From contig DASSSZ010000003.1 of NCBI GenBank assembly GCA_035708165.1, forward strand, positions 23,954 to 87,953: a DNA stretch of 64,000 nt, read 5' to 3'. This document shows, piece after piece, positions 27,691 to 37,471 of this stretch; position 1 is the first letter of the stretch; each line of letters opens with the position of its first letter. The DNA is from Minisyncoccota bacterium (GTDB lineage Bacteria > Patescibacteriota > Minisyncoccia > Phycocordibacterales > UBA2100). The translations under genes and the position numbers were made by a program. The notes under the pieces were generated by a model. The model was not told the DNA's origin and did not search any database. It saw only the letters and a list, made by a program, of their open reading frames with translations.

Positions 27691-28197
27691 GTGGCGGCAG
27701 AACCGAAGTACCGGGACCTGCATCGCATCGCGGTTACCGGCATCATCTGGCGGAAGGATGACGATGGCGCTACGCGCTACCTCATCACCAAGCGCGCGCC
27801 GCATACGACGGCATGGCCGGGCAGATGGACGGTCCCTGGCGGCGGGCTGGAAGCGGACGACTACGTGCAGACCGAGGCGAGCTACGCCGATAGCGAGAGC
27901 CCGCAATGGTACAACGCCGTCGAGCAGGCCCTCCGGCGCGAGATCAGGGAGGAAACCGGCCTCGAGGTGTCCGACATCAGCTACCTCCTCGACCTCGCAT
28001 TCATCCGTCCTGACGGCATCCCGGCGATCGTGCTTTCCTTCTATTGCCGCTACGCAGGCGGCGAGGTCTCGCTCGATGAAGATGCGGTGGAGCATGCCTG
28101 GGTCACGGCCGAGGAGCTTTTGCAGTACGACCTCATCCCAGGGCTTGATCACGAGATCAGGCAGGCGGATGAGCGCATGCGCGTCGCGTACGCGTAA
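27691..28197 (+). CDS. NUDIX hydrolase
   Basis: Nudix box GGGLEADDY...ALRREIREETGLEV. Confidence 0.75.
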   Translation: MAAEPKYRDLHRIAVTGIIWRKDDDGATRYLITKRAPHTTAWPGRWTVPGGGLEADDYVQTEASYADSESPQWYNAVEQALRREIREETGLEVSDISYLLDLAFIRPDGIPAIVLSFYCRYAGGEVSLDEDAVEHAWVTAEELLQYDLIPGLDHEIRQADERMRVAYA

Positions 28198-28257
28198 GCG
28201 GATGGACAGCCAGGATCCGCGCGCGTAGAGTGGTGAGAGGAATCGAAGGAGGCGCAG

Positions 28258-28623
28258 ATGCGCGCGATACGGATCAAATACGGCAAGCTTGTACGCGACG
28301 GCGTCGTCGAGCGTATGAGGGAGCAGGGCCTCGAGCCCCGATGGCGCCTGCTCGAAGGAGGCGAGATGCGGCTCGCGATCCTCCGCAAGATCGCCGAGGA
28401 AGCCGCGGAAGCCGTCGCGGCGTTCGAATACGGCATCGATCGCGCGGCGTTCCTCTCCGAGCTCGCGGATATCAAGATCGCGCTCGATGCGGCGCTTGCG
28501 GCGCATGGGACGACGTACCGGGAGCTCCGGCTGGTCGAACGCCGGAAACGCGCCGAGAAGCGGGTGCGCGGCTTCACGAAGCGGGTCTTTCTCCTGAGCG
28601 CTCGCGCCAAGCGCTCAGAATGA
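28258..28623 (+). CDS. MazG-like / phosphoribosyl-ATP pyrophosphohydrolase-like all-alpha NTP pyrophosphatase
   Basis: KLVRDGVVERM motif and acidic helical pairs. GGAGG RBS. Confidence 0.5.
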   Translation: MRAIRIKYGKLVRDGVVERMREQGLEPRWRLLEGGEMRLAILRKIAEEAAEAVAAFEYGIDRAAFLSELADIKIALDAALAAHGTTYRELRLVERRKRAEKRVRGFTKRVFLLSARAKRSE

Positions 28624-28672
28624 GCGGCCGATCGGCCGCTCATTCCTTTTCCTGCCATTCCACGGCATACTG

Positions 28673-29578
28673 ATGGCTATGGCGACGCTCTACACGCTCC
28701 GTTCGCGCAATGTCGCCCGCACGTGGGGGCTGATGGCCGTATTCCTCGTCCTCGTCGTCGCGATCGGCTGGGCGGCATCCTACTATTACGACAGCACGGC
28801 GATCCTCTATGTCGCGCTGGCGTTCGCGCTCGTCACGAACGTCTTCGCGTACTGGAAATCGGATACGATCGCGCTCGCGTCGGCGCGGGCGCATCCCGTC
28901 TCCTTCGAGCAGGACCCGGAGCTGCACCGGATCGTGGAGAACCTGGCGATCACGGCAGGGCTCCCGAAGCCGCGGATCTACATGATCGATGACCCGTCGC
29001 CGAACGCGTTCGCGACCGGGCGCGACGCGAAGCACGCGGCGATCGCCGTCACGCGCGGCCTGCGGGCGATGCTCGCGAAGAGCGAGCTCGAAGGCGTGAT
29101 CGCGCACGAGCTCTCGCATATCGGCAACCGCGACATCCTCGTGATGACCATGGCCGTGGTCCTGGTCGGTTTCATCGCGATCCTCGCGGATATCGCGCTC
29201 AGAGTCTCATTCCTGGGCGGGGGCGGCCGCGAGCGGCAGAACGGCAATCCCGTACTGCTCGTCTTCGCGATCCTCGCGATCATCCTCGCGCCCATCGCGG
29301 CGCAGCTCATCCAGCTCGCCATCTCGCGCCGCCGCGAATTCCTGGCGGACGCATCAGGCGCTCTGCTCACGCGCTACCCGGAAGGGCTCGAGTCCGCGCT
29401 CGCGAAGATCGGGAGCTACCAGGCGCCGATGCGGCATGCGAATGCGGCCATAGCGCACCTCTTCATCGCGAACCCGTTCGGCGCGCATCCGCGCGGGCGC
29501 TTCATCCAGCGGCTCTTCTCCACGCACCCGCCGATCGAGGAGCGGATCAAGGCGCTCCAGGGGCTCGAGCTGCACTAG
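28673..29578 (+). CDS. htpX: zinc metalloprotease HtpX (M48)
   Basis: HELSHIGNRD zinc-binding motif, four TM, C-terminal FSTHPPIEERI. Confidence 0.9.
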   Translation: MAMATLYTLRSRNVARTWGLMAVFLVLVVAIGWAASYYYDSTAILYVALAFALVTNVFAYWKSDTIALASARAHPVSFEQDPELHRIVENLAITAGLPKPRIYMIDDPSPNAFATGRDAKHAAIAVTRGLRAMLAKSELEGVIAHELSHIGNRDILVMTMAVVLVGFIAILADIALRVSFLGGGGRERQNGNPVLLVFAILAIILAPIAAQLIQLAISRRREFLADASGALLTRYPEGLESALAKIGSYQAPMRHANAAIAHLFIANPFGAHPRGRFIQRLFSTHPPIEERIKALQGLELH

Positions 29579-29646
29579 CGCATGCGCTGCCGTGTGCGCA
29601 CTGGTGTGCCGCGAGGGGCCGCGAGGTGCGCTAGAATAGCGGTATC

Positions 29647-30132
29647 ATGCATTCCCATACGCCGTATGCCCGCGCGATCGCCGTCGTCACGATCTTCCTT
29701 GCCTGCGCGATCGGCTTCGGCTTCCTCATGACCTTTCTTGCCGCACAGGTGACTCCCGGGCTCGAGAATCGCGACGGCCTCACGCGCATCACGGTCGGCA
29801 GCACAGCTGTCTACGTGCGCGTCGCGACGACGAGCGCCGAATGGGCCCGCGGGCTCTCCGGCACGCTCCCGCTCCCGGCGGATCAGGGCATGCTCTTCGA
29901 GTTCGACCATGACGATTTCTGGCATATCTGGATGAAGGACATGACGTACCCGCTCGATATCCTCTGGCTCGCCGATGACGGCGCGATCATCCACATCGCG
30001 GCAGGCGTCGCGCCGGACACGTACCCGCAGCAGTTCACGTCTGAGCAGCCGGCGCGCATGGTTTTGGAGCTGCCGGCAGGCTTCGTTGAGAAGCACGGCG
30101 TCGCGGCGGGGCAGTTCGTGACAGTGTTCTAG
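29647..30132 (+). CDS. DUF192 domain protein
   Basis: MLFEFDHDDFWHIWMKDMTYPLDILWLADDGAI matches DUF192. Confidence 0.7.
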   Translation: MHSHTPYARAIAVVTIFLACAIGFGFLMTFLAAQVTPGLENRDGLTRITVGSTAVYVRVATTSAEWARGLSGTLPLPADQGMLFEFDHDDFWHIWMKDMTYPLDILWLADDGAIIHIAAGVAPDTYPQQFTSEQPARMVLELPAGFVEKHGVAAGQFVTVF

Positions 30133-30264
30133 CGCCGCGGCGCGCAGAGCGCCAAATGAGCGCACCAGGCCTCATCAGGGGGAATTATCCACTCCTGCGA
30201 GCGTGATTCGCGCGCGTGCCAGGGGGGTAGACTGTACTCATTACCTATAGACATTAGCGTGCGC

Positions 30265-32649
30265 ATGGCGACAAGAACTGCAGCGAAGAAGCCTTCGCGG
30301 AAGGATGCTTCCGCCTCAACGGCGGCCAAGACGGCCGCCCGCCCGACGGCTTCCGTACCGGCTCCGTACCGGAAATTCCTTACTAAGATCCAGAAGCGCG
30401 ACGGGCGCATCGCACCGTTCGATTTCGGCAAGATCGTGACCGCGATCGAGAAGGCGATGAAGGAGACGGGCGAAGGAGGCCCGGAGGACGCGCTCCTCGT
30501 GGCGCAGAAGGTCGCGGGCGAGACTGCCCGTATCGCGAAGACCTATAAGAATTTCATGCCGACCGTCGAGGGCCTGCAGGATGAGGTGGAGCGCCAGCTC
30601 ATCCTCAGCGACTACGTGAATACCGCCAAGTCGTACATCCTCTATCGCGCCGAGCACGCCAAGATGCGCGAGGAGCTGGGCGAAGTGCCGGCGCACGTCC
30701 AGAAGCTCGCAGAAGAGAGCGCTTCGTATTTCAAGAACAACCCCCTGGGCGAGTTCGTCTACCTGCGCACCTACTCGCGCTGGATCGAGAGCGAGCAGCG
30801 CCGCGAGACCTGGGTGGAGACGGTGCAGCGCTATATGGACTTCATGCGCGAGAACCTCGGCAAGAAGCTCACTGAGGCAGAATACGCGGAGATCCAGCAG
30901 GGCATCCTCAAGCAGGAGGCGATGCCTTCCATGCGTCTCATGCAGTTCTCGGGCGACGCCGCGCGCCGCTGCAACGTGTGCGCCTACAACTGCTCGTTCA
31001 TCGCGCCGACCAAGCTCCGCGATTTCGCCGAGATCATGTACATCTCCATGTCGGGTACCGGCGTCGGCTACTCGGCGGAGAGCCGCTTCGTCGAGCAGCT
31101 GCCGCAGATCGCGCTCCAGACCGGCGAGAAGCCGCTCGAGCATACGATCGAGGACTCGACGACGGGCTGGTGCGATGCGCTCACGGCAGGCCTCGAGGCC
31201 TGGTACGCCGGTCGCGACATCGCCTTCGATTTCTCCCTGATCCGCCCGGCCGGCGCGCGCCTCAAGACCAAGGGCGGCAAGGCCTCGGGCCCGGAGCCGC
31301 TGCGCAACCTCCTGCAGTTCACGAAGGCGAAGGTGCTCGCGCGCCAGGGCAGGCGCCTGCGCACGATCGACGTGCACGATATCATCTGCAAGATCGGCGA
31401 GAACGTGGTCGCTGGCGGCGTGCGCCGCTCCGCGCTCATCTCGCTCTCCGACCTCGATGACGAAGCCATCCGTCACGCCAAGGACGGCCAGTTCTACCTC
31501 AGCGAGCCGCAGCGCTCGCTCGCCAACAACTCGGCCGTGTACGAGCAGAAACCGACCGTCGAGGAGTTCATGGACGAGTGGTTCGCGCTCGTGAAGGGCA
31601 AGACGGGCGAGCGCGGCATCTTCAACCGCGGCGGCTTGGTGAATGCATTGCCGAAGCGCCGCATCGAGTTCTTCGAGAAGAAGGGCTATGTGGTGAACGG
31701 CCGCGTCGTCGGTCCTATCGGCACCAATCCGTGCGGCGAGATCATCCTCCAGAGCAAGCAGTTCTGCAACCTCACGGAAGTGGTCGCGCGCGCAGGGGAC
31801 ACCGAGAAGGACCTGCTGCGCAAGGCGCGCCTCGCAACCATCATCGGCACCTACCAGGCCTCGCTCACGAAGTTCGAGTACCTCTCGAAGGATTGGACCG
31901 AGAACTGCAAGGAGGAGGCGCTCCTCGGCACCTCGATCACGGGCCAGTGGGACTGCCCGACCGTGCAGAAGCCGGAGATGCTCCGCAAGATGCGCGCGGA
32001 GGCGATCAAGGTGAACAAGCAGTACGCGAAGCGCTTCGGCATCAACGAGTCTACCTGCGTGACCACCACGAAGCCCTCGGGCAACCTCTCGCAGACGGTG
32101 AACTGCGCTTCGGGCATGCACCCGCGCTACGCGCCGTACTACATCCGCCGCGTGCGCATCGCATCGACCGATTCGCTCTACAAGATGTTGCGCGACCAGG
32201 GCGTACCGTTCCAGCCGGAAGTGGGGCAGACCGAGGCAAATGCGACGACATGGGTCGCCGAATTCCCGGTCAAGGCGCCGGCCGGCACGAAGGTATTCGC
32301 CAACTCGCTCTCGGCGATCGAGCAGCTCGAGTACTGGAAGAACGTGAAGCTGAACTACACGGAGCACAATCCGTCCCAGACGATCCACGTGAGCAGCAAC
32401 GAGTGGCTCCTGGTGGCGAACTGGGTCTACGAGAACTGGGATATCGTGGGCGGCCTCTCGTTCCTGCCGCGCGATGACCATGTCTACCGGCTCGCTCCGT
32501 ACGAGGCGACCGATAAGGAGACGTACGAGCGCATGTGCAAGACCTTCGAGGGCATCGACTACTCGCGCATCATCCTCTACGAGAAGCGCGACGAGACGGA
32601 CGTGAAGAAGGAGCTGGCGTGCGCCTCTGGCGTCTGCGAGATATTGTAA
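30265..32649 (+). CDS. nrdJ: adenosylcobalamin-dependent (class II) ribonucleotide reductase with N-terminal ATP-cone
   Basis: ATP-cone IQKRDGRIAPFDFGKIVTAIEKA. YLRTYSRWIE and NPCGEIIL class II motifs. ORF-track start at 30259 is GTG. Confidence 0.85.
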   Translation: MATRTAAKKPSRKDASASTAAKTAARPTASVPAPYRKFLTKIQKRDGRIAPFDFGKIVTAIEKAMKETGEGGPEDALLVAQKVAGETARIAKTYKNFMPTVEGLQDEVERQLILSDYVNTAKSYILYRAEHAKMREELGEVPAHVQKLAEESASYFKNNPLGEFVYLRTYSRWIESEQRRETWVETVQRYMDFMRENLGKKLTEAEYAEIQQGILKQEAMPSMRLMQFSGDAARRCNVCAYNCSFIAPTKLRDFAEIMYISMSGTGVGYSAESRFVEQLPQIALQTGEKPLEHTIEDSTTGWCDALTAGLEAWYAGRDIAFDFSLIRPAGARLKTKGGKASGPEPLRNLLQFTKAKVLARQGRRLRTIDVHDIICKIGENVVAGGVRRSALISLSDLDDEAIRHAKDGQFYLSEPQRSLANNSAVYEQKPTVEEFMDEWFALVKGKTGERGIFNRGGLVNALPKRRIEFFEKKGYVVNGRVVGPIGTNPCGEIILQSKQFCNLTEVVARAGDTEKDLLRKARLATIIGTYQASLTKFEYLSKDWTENCKEEALLGTSITGQWDCPTVQKPEMLRKMRAEAIKVNKQYAKRFGINESTCVTTTKPSGNLSQTVNCASGMHPRYAPYYIRRVRIASTDSLYKMLRDQGVPFQPEVGQTEANATTWVAEFPVKAPAGTKVFANSLSAIEQLEYWKNVKLNYTEHNPSQTIHVSSNEWLLVANWVYENWDIVGGLSFLPRDDHVYRLAPYEATDKETYERMCKTFEGIDYSRIILYEKRDETDVKKELACASGVCEIL

Positions 32650-32680
32650 GAGCCGCATCCTCGACTGATAGCTGCAGGCA

Positions 32681-32702
32681 GAACCGCCCTCGGGCGGTTT
32701 TG
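32681..32702 (+). terminator. Rho-independent terminator after nrdJ
   Basis: AACCGCCC-TCG-GGCGGTT hairpin followed by TTT. Confidence 0.65.
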
Positions 32703-32728
32703 CCATTGCGGCGAAAGGATTGTATGAT
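32700..32728 (+). promoter_or_regulatory. candidate sigma-70 promoter for rnpB (TTGCCA-17-TATGAT)
   Basis: Hexamers with 17-nt spacer placed about 6 nt upstream of the predicted RNase P RNA 5' end. Confidence 0.5.
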
Positions 32729-32733
32729 GCGAA

Positions 32734-33072
32734 TGCGCTGCGCTGGGCGATCGCGCTGCAGCTTCCGCTGCGGTGAGGAAAGTCCGGACACGCGCGTCGA
32801 AAGACGCAGCAGGGTAGCGGGTAACGCCCGTCCGCCGCGAGGCGCGAGGTGCGAGCAGAGACGCCGGAGCAGAAATGCGAAGGATCCCTCCGGGGATAGC
32901 CGCTCTGGAAACAGAGCGGGTGAAACGGCTAAATCCTTACCTGCGTGCAAGGCCGTGCCCAGCCTGGCTGGGAGTGCCGCCCGAGGCGGCTGGCGACAGC
33001 CGTCCCAGACACATGGTCGCCCATCCTGCATCCGCAGGTGGACAGAATCCGGCTTACAGGCGCAGCGCGAAG
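32734..33072 (+). ncRNA. rnpB: RNase P RNA (bacterial type A)
   Basis: Conserved elements GAGGAAAGTCCGG (P4 5' strand), GGGTAACGCC, GGTGAAACGG, ACAGAATCCGGCTTA (P4 3' strand). P1 pairing GCGCTGCGCTG/CAGGCGCAGCGC. Confidence 0.8.
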
Positions 33073-33108
33073 AAATGGCTCAACCCCCGAAAGGGGGTTG
33101 AGCCATTT
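33073..33108 (+). terminator. Rho-independent terminator after rnpB
   Basis: Perfect 16-bp stem AAATGGCTCAACCCCC/GGGGGTTGAGCCATTT with GAAA loop. Confidence 0.75.
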
Positions 33109-33303
33109 CTCTATGCGTGCGCCTGGAATCCGGAGGCTTGCTCGCGAGCGAGTGAGCGGCAAGAGAGCGTGTTCGCTTGCCCGAGCGAGCTATCGGGCCG
33201 CTTGCGTGGCAGCGCGCGGGTGCAGGACCGGCGGGTTTGCACTGCGTCATGCGTGGTATCATGAAATCCATATAGTAGTAGCTCATTGTTCAGTCGTAGC
33301 CGT

Positions 33304-35664
33304 ATGAAACTCACCAGCACCTTCTTCGCTGCGCTCGCACAAGTCCTCCTCATCGCCCTTATCGCGCTCATTCCGATCCTCTTCGTGCCGATCCCGTGGA
33401 TCGCGCTCGCGCAAGCGAAGATGGTGCTGCTCTCGGCGGGCGTACTCCTGGTGGCAGCAAGCTGGATGATCGCGGCCTCGATCGCCGGGCGCGTCGTGCT
33501 CCCGAAGTCGCTCCTCATCGTTGTGGGCGCGCTCCTGCCGCTCGCGTATCTCGGGTCGGCGCTCTTCTCGCACGTACCGCTCGCGCTCGCGGGCTCAGGC
33601 ACCGAGACGGATACGGCCGCCGCGATGGCGCTGTGGTTCGGGCTCCTTGCCGGCTGCGCCGTACTGCTCTCCTCGGGCCGCGCGATCACGCGCGCGTACC
33701 GCGCCATCCTCGCTTCCGCTGCCGTGCTCGAGATCGCCGAACTCGGCAATTTCCTGCTCTCAGGGAAGCTCCTCTCGTTCTGGGCGCTCACCGGGCCGGC
33801 GGCAAGCCTCGTGGGCTCATGGCACGATTTCGGGATCTTCCTTGCGTTCGCGCTCCTGCTTGCCGTGGCCGCCCTCGAGACGCCGGTCGCTGCAGGGCGC
33901 TGGCGCTGGTGCGCCTGGGCAGTCGCCATCCTCGCGATCCCGCTCCTGTTCATCGTGAACGTACAGAGCGTGTGGATCGCCATCGCGATCCTCGGCGTGC
34001 TCGGCGCCGGGTACGCGTGGTACCTGGATTGGCAGCACCATCGTAATCGTGACGCGGCAGCGGAGCTCGGCGCCCTCGCGCACCGGCTCACGTTCGGCAT
34101 CTTCATCGCGATGCTCCTCTTGGCCGTCGCGGGATTCTTCGGCGGCTCGCCGCTTGCGAAGATGCTGCCTTCGAGCTGGCAGGTCTCGCAGACCGAGATC
34201 CGCCCGTCGTGGCAGGGGACCGCGCAGATCGCCTCGTCGGTGTATCGCGGCGGGGAGCTCCTCTTCGGCTCGGGTCCCAACACCTTCAACCGCCAGTGGG
34301 CGCTCTACAAGCCGTCCGGCGTGAATGAGACCGCGTTCTGGAACGTGGACTTCACGCAGGGCGTGGGATACATCCCGACCGCGTTCATCACGGTGGGCAT
34401 CGCGGGGGCAATCGTCTGGGTCGTCTTCCTGCTGCTCTATCTCGTGACGGCCCTGCGGCTGCTCTTCGTCCGCTCCGTCCATGACCGCGTCTGGCGCATG
34501 CCGCTCTTCGCGCTTGCGGCGTCATCCTGCTACCTGTGGGTCGTGCTCGCCATCTATGCGCCCGGGCAGGCGCTCATCGCCTTCGCATTCATGCTGACCG
34601 GCCTCCTCGTCGCCGGAGCGCGTGCCGCGGGCGCGCTCCCGACCCTCTCCTGGGAATTCGTCCGCTCGAGATTCGGCTTCGCCTATATCATCGTGCCGGC
34701 CATCGTGGTCATCGGCGTCGCGTCCGCATCTATCGGGCTGTCTCGCGCGCTTGCTGCGGATATGCTCGTGAACTACAGCATCAGCACGTATAACGCTTCC
34801 GGCGACATCACCGCCGCGCAGAGCGGCCTCACAGAGGCGCTCGCCATCGAGCCGGGGTACGACCGCGCGCTGCGCGGCGCGGTCGAGCTCAACCTGATCC
34901 GCTTTAATCAGCTCGCGCAGAGCGCCACCAGCAGCGATGCGGTGAAATCACAGCTCCAAGATGCGCTCGCAGCAGCCATCAAGAACGGCCTCTCGGCTGT
35001 CTCGGCGGATACGAGCAACTACCAGAACTGGCTCACGCTCGCAGGCGCCTACCAGCAGCTCGCAGGCGTCTCGGTGCAGGGCGCGTACGAGAACGCGAAG
35101 AAGGCCTACGAGAAGGCGATTGCGGCCGATCCTGCGGATCCGCAGCCGTACTTGGCGCTCGCACAGCTCGCAGCGCTCCAGAACGATGCGACTTCCACGC
35201 GCGCCTACCTCACCGAGGCGCTCAATAAGAAGAGCAACTACACGGACGCGCTTTACCTGCTCTCGCAGGTCGACGTATCCTCAGGCGACCTCGATAGCGC
35301 GTTCAAGGATGCTGTCTCCGCGGTGCAGTCGGATCAGACGCAGCCGCAGCTCTGGTTCCAGCTCGGTGCTGTCGCGTACGCGAAGCAGGACTATGCGGAC
35401 GCTGTCACGGCGCTCACCAGGGCGATCTCGCTCGACGCCAATTTCGCGAATGCGCTCTACGTCCTCGGGCTCGCGTACTACCAGGAGCAGGATGCCACGA
35501 ACGCGCTCGCCGCGTTCGAGAAGGTCGCAGCGCTCAATCCGGATAACCAGTCGGTGCGCACGATCGTCTCGCTGCTCTCCTCTGGCAAGCCGCTGCCGCT
35601 TTCCGGGAACGGTTCCGGCATGGAGCTAGCCTCTGGGACCTCGACTGCAGCGAGCGCGCGCTAG
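33304..35664 (+). CDS. O-antigen ligase/polymerase-like (Wzy_C) membrane protein with C-terminal TPR repeats
   Basis: About 12 TM helices. C-terminal half has repeated TPR-like units (AYQQLAGVSVQGAYENAKKAYEKAIAADP, ALYVLGLAYYQEQDATNALAAFEKVAALNP). ORF-track start at 33286 is TTG. Confidence 0.7.
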   Translation: MKLTSTFFAALAQVLLIALIALIPILFVPIPWIALAQAKMVLLSAGVLLVAASWMIAASIAGRVVLPKSLLIVVGALLPLAYLGSALFSHVPLALAGSGTETDTAAAMALWFGLLAGCAVLLSSGRAITRAYRAILASAAVLEIAELGNFLLSGKLLSFWALTGPAASLVGSWHDFGIFLAFALLLAVAALETPVAAGRWRWCAWAVAILAIPLLFIVNVQSVWIAIAILGVLGAGYAWYLDWQHHRNRDAAAELGALAHRLTFGIFIAMLLLAVAGFFGGSPLAKMLPSSWQVSQTEIRPSWQGTAQIASSVYRGGELLFGSGPNTFNRQWALYKPSGVNETAFWNVDFTQGVGYIPTAFITVGIAGAIVWVVFLLLYLVTALRLLFVRSVHDRVWRMPLFALAASSCYLWVVLAIYAPGQALIAFAFMLTGLLVAGARAAGALPTLSWEFVRSRFGFAYIIVPAIVVIGVASASIGLSRALAADMLVNYSISTYNASGDITAAQSGLTEALAIEPGYDRALRGAVELNLIRFNQLAQSATSSDAVKSQLQDALAAAIKNGLSAVSADTSNYQNWLTLAGAYQQLAGVSVQGAYENAKKAYEKAIAADPADPQPYLALAQLAALQNDATSTRAYLTEALNKKSNYTDALYLLSQVDVSSGDLDSAFKDAVSAVQSDQTQPQLWFQLGAVAYAKQDYADAVTALTRAISLDANFANALYVLGLAYYQEQDATNALAAFEKVAALNPDNQSVRTIVSLLSSGKPLPLSGNGSGMELASGTSTAASAR

Positions 35665-35678
35665 CGCTGAGGCGGCCT

Positions 35679-37358
35679 ATGATGCGCTCCGTGACGCGGC
35701 TGGTGACCGGTGAGATCCGCGGCATGCATGCGGCCGCCTATCTCCTTGCCGCGTTCACGATCCTCTCCTCGCTCCTCGGTTTCCTGCGCGATAGGCTGCT
35801 CGCGCATGCCTTCGGCGCCGGCCATGCGCTCGACCTCTACAACGCCGCATTCAGCATCCCTGATTTCATCTTCGTCACGGTCGCGTCGCTCGTCTCGGCC
35901 TACGTCCTCATCCCGGAATTCATGCGCCGGGCGGAAGGGGAGCGGACCGCCTACATCGAGACGATCATGCTCTGGTTCGCCGCCCTGATCGCGGCGGTGG
36001 GCATTGGTGCCTATATCGCCGCGCCGTTCCTGCTATCGCGCTTCTTCCCTGCGCTCTGGAACGGGCCGGACAGCGGCCTTCTGCTCGTCATGACGCGCAT
36101 CATGCTCCTGCAGCCGGTCTTTCTCGGCTGCTCGAACATCCTTGCCACGATCACGCAGTCCCGGAATCGCTACGTCATCTATGCGCTCTCGCCGCTCTTC
36201 TATAATTTCGGCATCATCCTCGGAGTCGTCGCGCTGTATCCCGTCTTCGGCCTTCCGGGGCTCGCATGGGGCGTGGTCCTCGGCGCCGTGCTGCATGTCT
36301 CGGTGCCTCTGCCGTCGATCCTCGCGGACGGCTTCTTCCTGCGGATGCGCAGGATCGGCCCGGCCCGCGAGTTCTTCCGGACCATCCTGATCTCGCTGCC
36401 GCGCACGCTCGCGCTCTCCGCGAACCAGATCGTCTACCTTGCGATGCTCTCGATCGCAAGCGGGCTCGCGGTCGGTTCCATCGCCGTCTTCCGCTTCGCG
36501 TTCAACCTGCAAGCCGCTGCCGCTTCCGTCGTCGGCGTCTCCTACTCCGTGGCCGCGTTCCCGGCGCTCGCCGGGCTCTTCTCCGCCGGCAAGCACGGCG
36601 AATTCGTACGGCAGGTGCGGCAGGCGACGCAGCACGTCATCTTCTGGACATTCCCTATGACCGCGCTCGTCATCGTGCTGCGCGCGCATGTAGTGCGCGT
36701 GATCCTCGGGTCAGGCGCGTTCGATTGGACCGCGACGCGCCTCACGGCCGCGGCGTTCGCGCTTTTCGCGCTTGCGCTCGCCGCGAATGCCTTGATGCCG
36801 CTCTTCGCCCGCGCGTACTATGCGGCCGGCCGGTCCTGGATGCCGTTTGCGGTGAATGCCGTCGCAGCGATCGGCAGCGTGGCTGCCGCGGTCTGGCTCT
36901 CGCATGCGCTCGCCTCCGGCGGCGCTGCGCGGGATGTGCTCGAGACCGTCCTGCGCGTCACAGGCGTGCCCGGCACCGAAGTGCTGGCGCTGCCGCTCTC
37001 GTACGCAGCAGGCTCGCTGGCGGCGACGATCGCCATGGCTGCCTTCATGGAGCGCGATTTCGGCGGATTCCTGCATGGGGTCGCACGGACGGCAGGGCAG
37101 GCGCTCGTGGCCTCCGCGGCGGGCGCTGCCGCCACGTACGGCATGCTTGACGCCTTAGGCGGCATCTCGGACCTCTCGACGCTCATCTCGGTGCTCGCGA
37201 CCGGCTTCATCGCGGGCCTCAGCGGCCTGCTCGTGACCGCGCTCGCTTACATGCTCCTGGGGAGCCAGGAGCTCGCCGAGGTATACCGCGCGCTCTCCAC
37301 GCGCGTCACGCCGCTGCGCTCCCGCGTGGTCGTCTCCGCCGAGGACGAGCTCGCCTAG
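35679..37358 (+). CDS. murJ: lipid II flippase MurJ
   Basis: MurJ/MviN N-terminal signature LLGFLRDRLLAHAFGAGHALDLYNAAFSIPDFIF. 14 TM. Confidence 0.85.
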   Translation: MMRSVTRLVTGEIRGMHAAAYLLAAFTILSSLLGFLRDRLLAHAFGAGHALDLYNAAFSIPDFIFVTVASLVSAYVLIPEFMRRAEGERTAYIETIMLWFAALIAAVGIGAYIAAPFLLSRFFPALWNGPDSGLLLVMTRIMLLQPVFLGCSNILATITQSRNRYVIYALSPLFYNFGIILGVVALYPVFGLPGLAWGVVLGAVLHVSVPLPSILADGFFLRMRRIGPAREFFRTILISLPRTLALSANQIVYLAMLSIASGLAVGSIAVFRFAFNLQAAAASVVGVSYSVAAFPALAGLFSAGKHGEFVRQVRQATQHVIFWTFPMTALVIVLRAHVVRVILGSGAFDWTATRLTAAAFALFALALAANALMPLFARAYYAAGRSWMPFAVNAVAAIGSVAAAVWLSHALASGGAARDVLETVLRVTGVPGTEVLALPLSYAAGSLAATIAMAAFMERDFGGFLHGVARTAGQALVASAAGAAATYGMLDALGGISDLSTLISVLATGFIAGLSGLLVTALAYMLLGSQELAEVYRALSTRVTPLRSRVVVSAEDELA

Positions 37359-37377
37359 CTTGATCGGCGCGGCCGGT

Positions 37378-37413
37378 ATCCCTCTATCTGCGCGGCCGCG
37401 CAGATAGAGGGAT
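37378..37413. terminator. 36-bp perfect palindrome after murJ
   Basis: ATCCCTCTATCTGCGCGG/CCGCGCAGATAGAGGGAT, no mismatches. Confidence 0.6.
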
Positions 37414-37471
37414 GGTTGCTGGCCGCCCGCTGGTTCATTCAGGGCGCGCACTATGCTATGCTTGCCGACGT

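Noticed and set aside
30133-30264. Looked for NrdR box or B12 riboswitch upstream of nrdJ
   Set aside because: No 16-bp NrdR-type palindrome and no B12-box consensus recognised by eye. Would need a covariance-model scan.
30316-32706. 796-aa minus ORF antisense to nrdJ
   Set aside because: Shadow ORF opposite a class II RNR with ATP-cone and NPCGE motifs.
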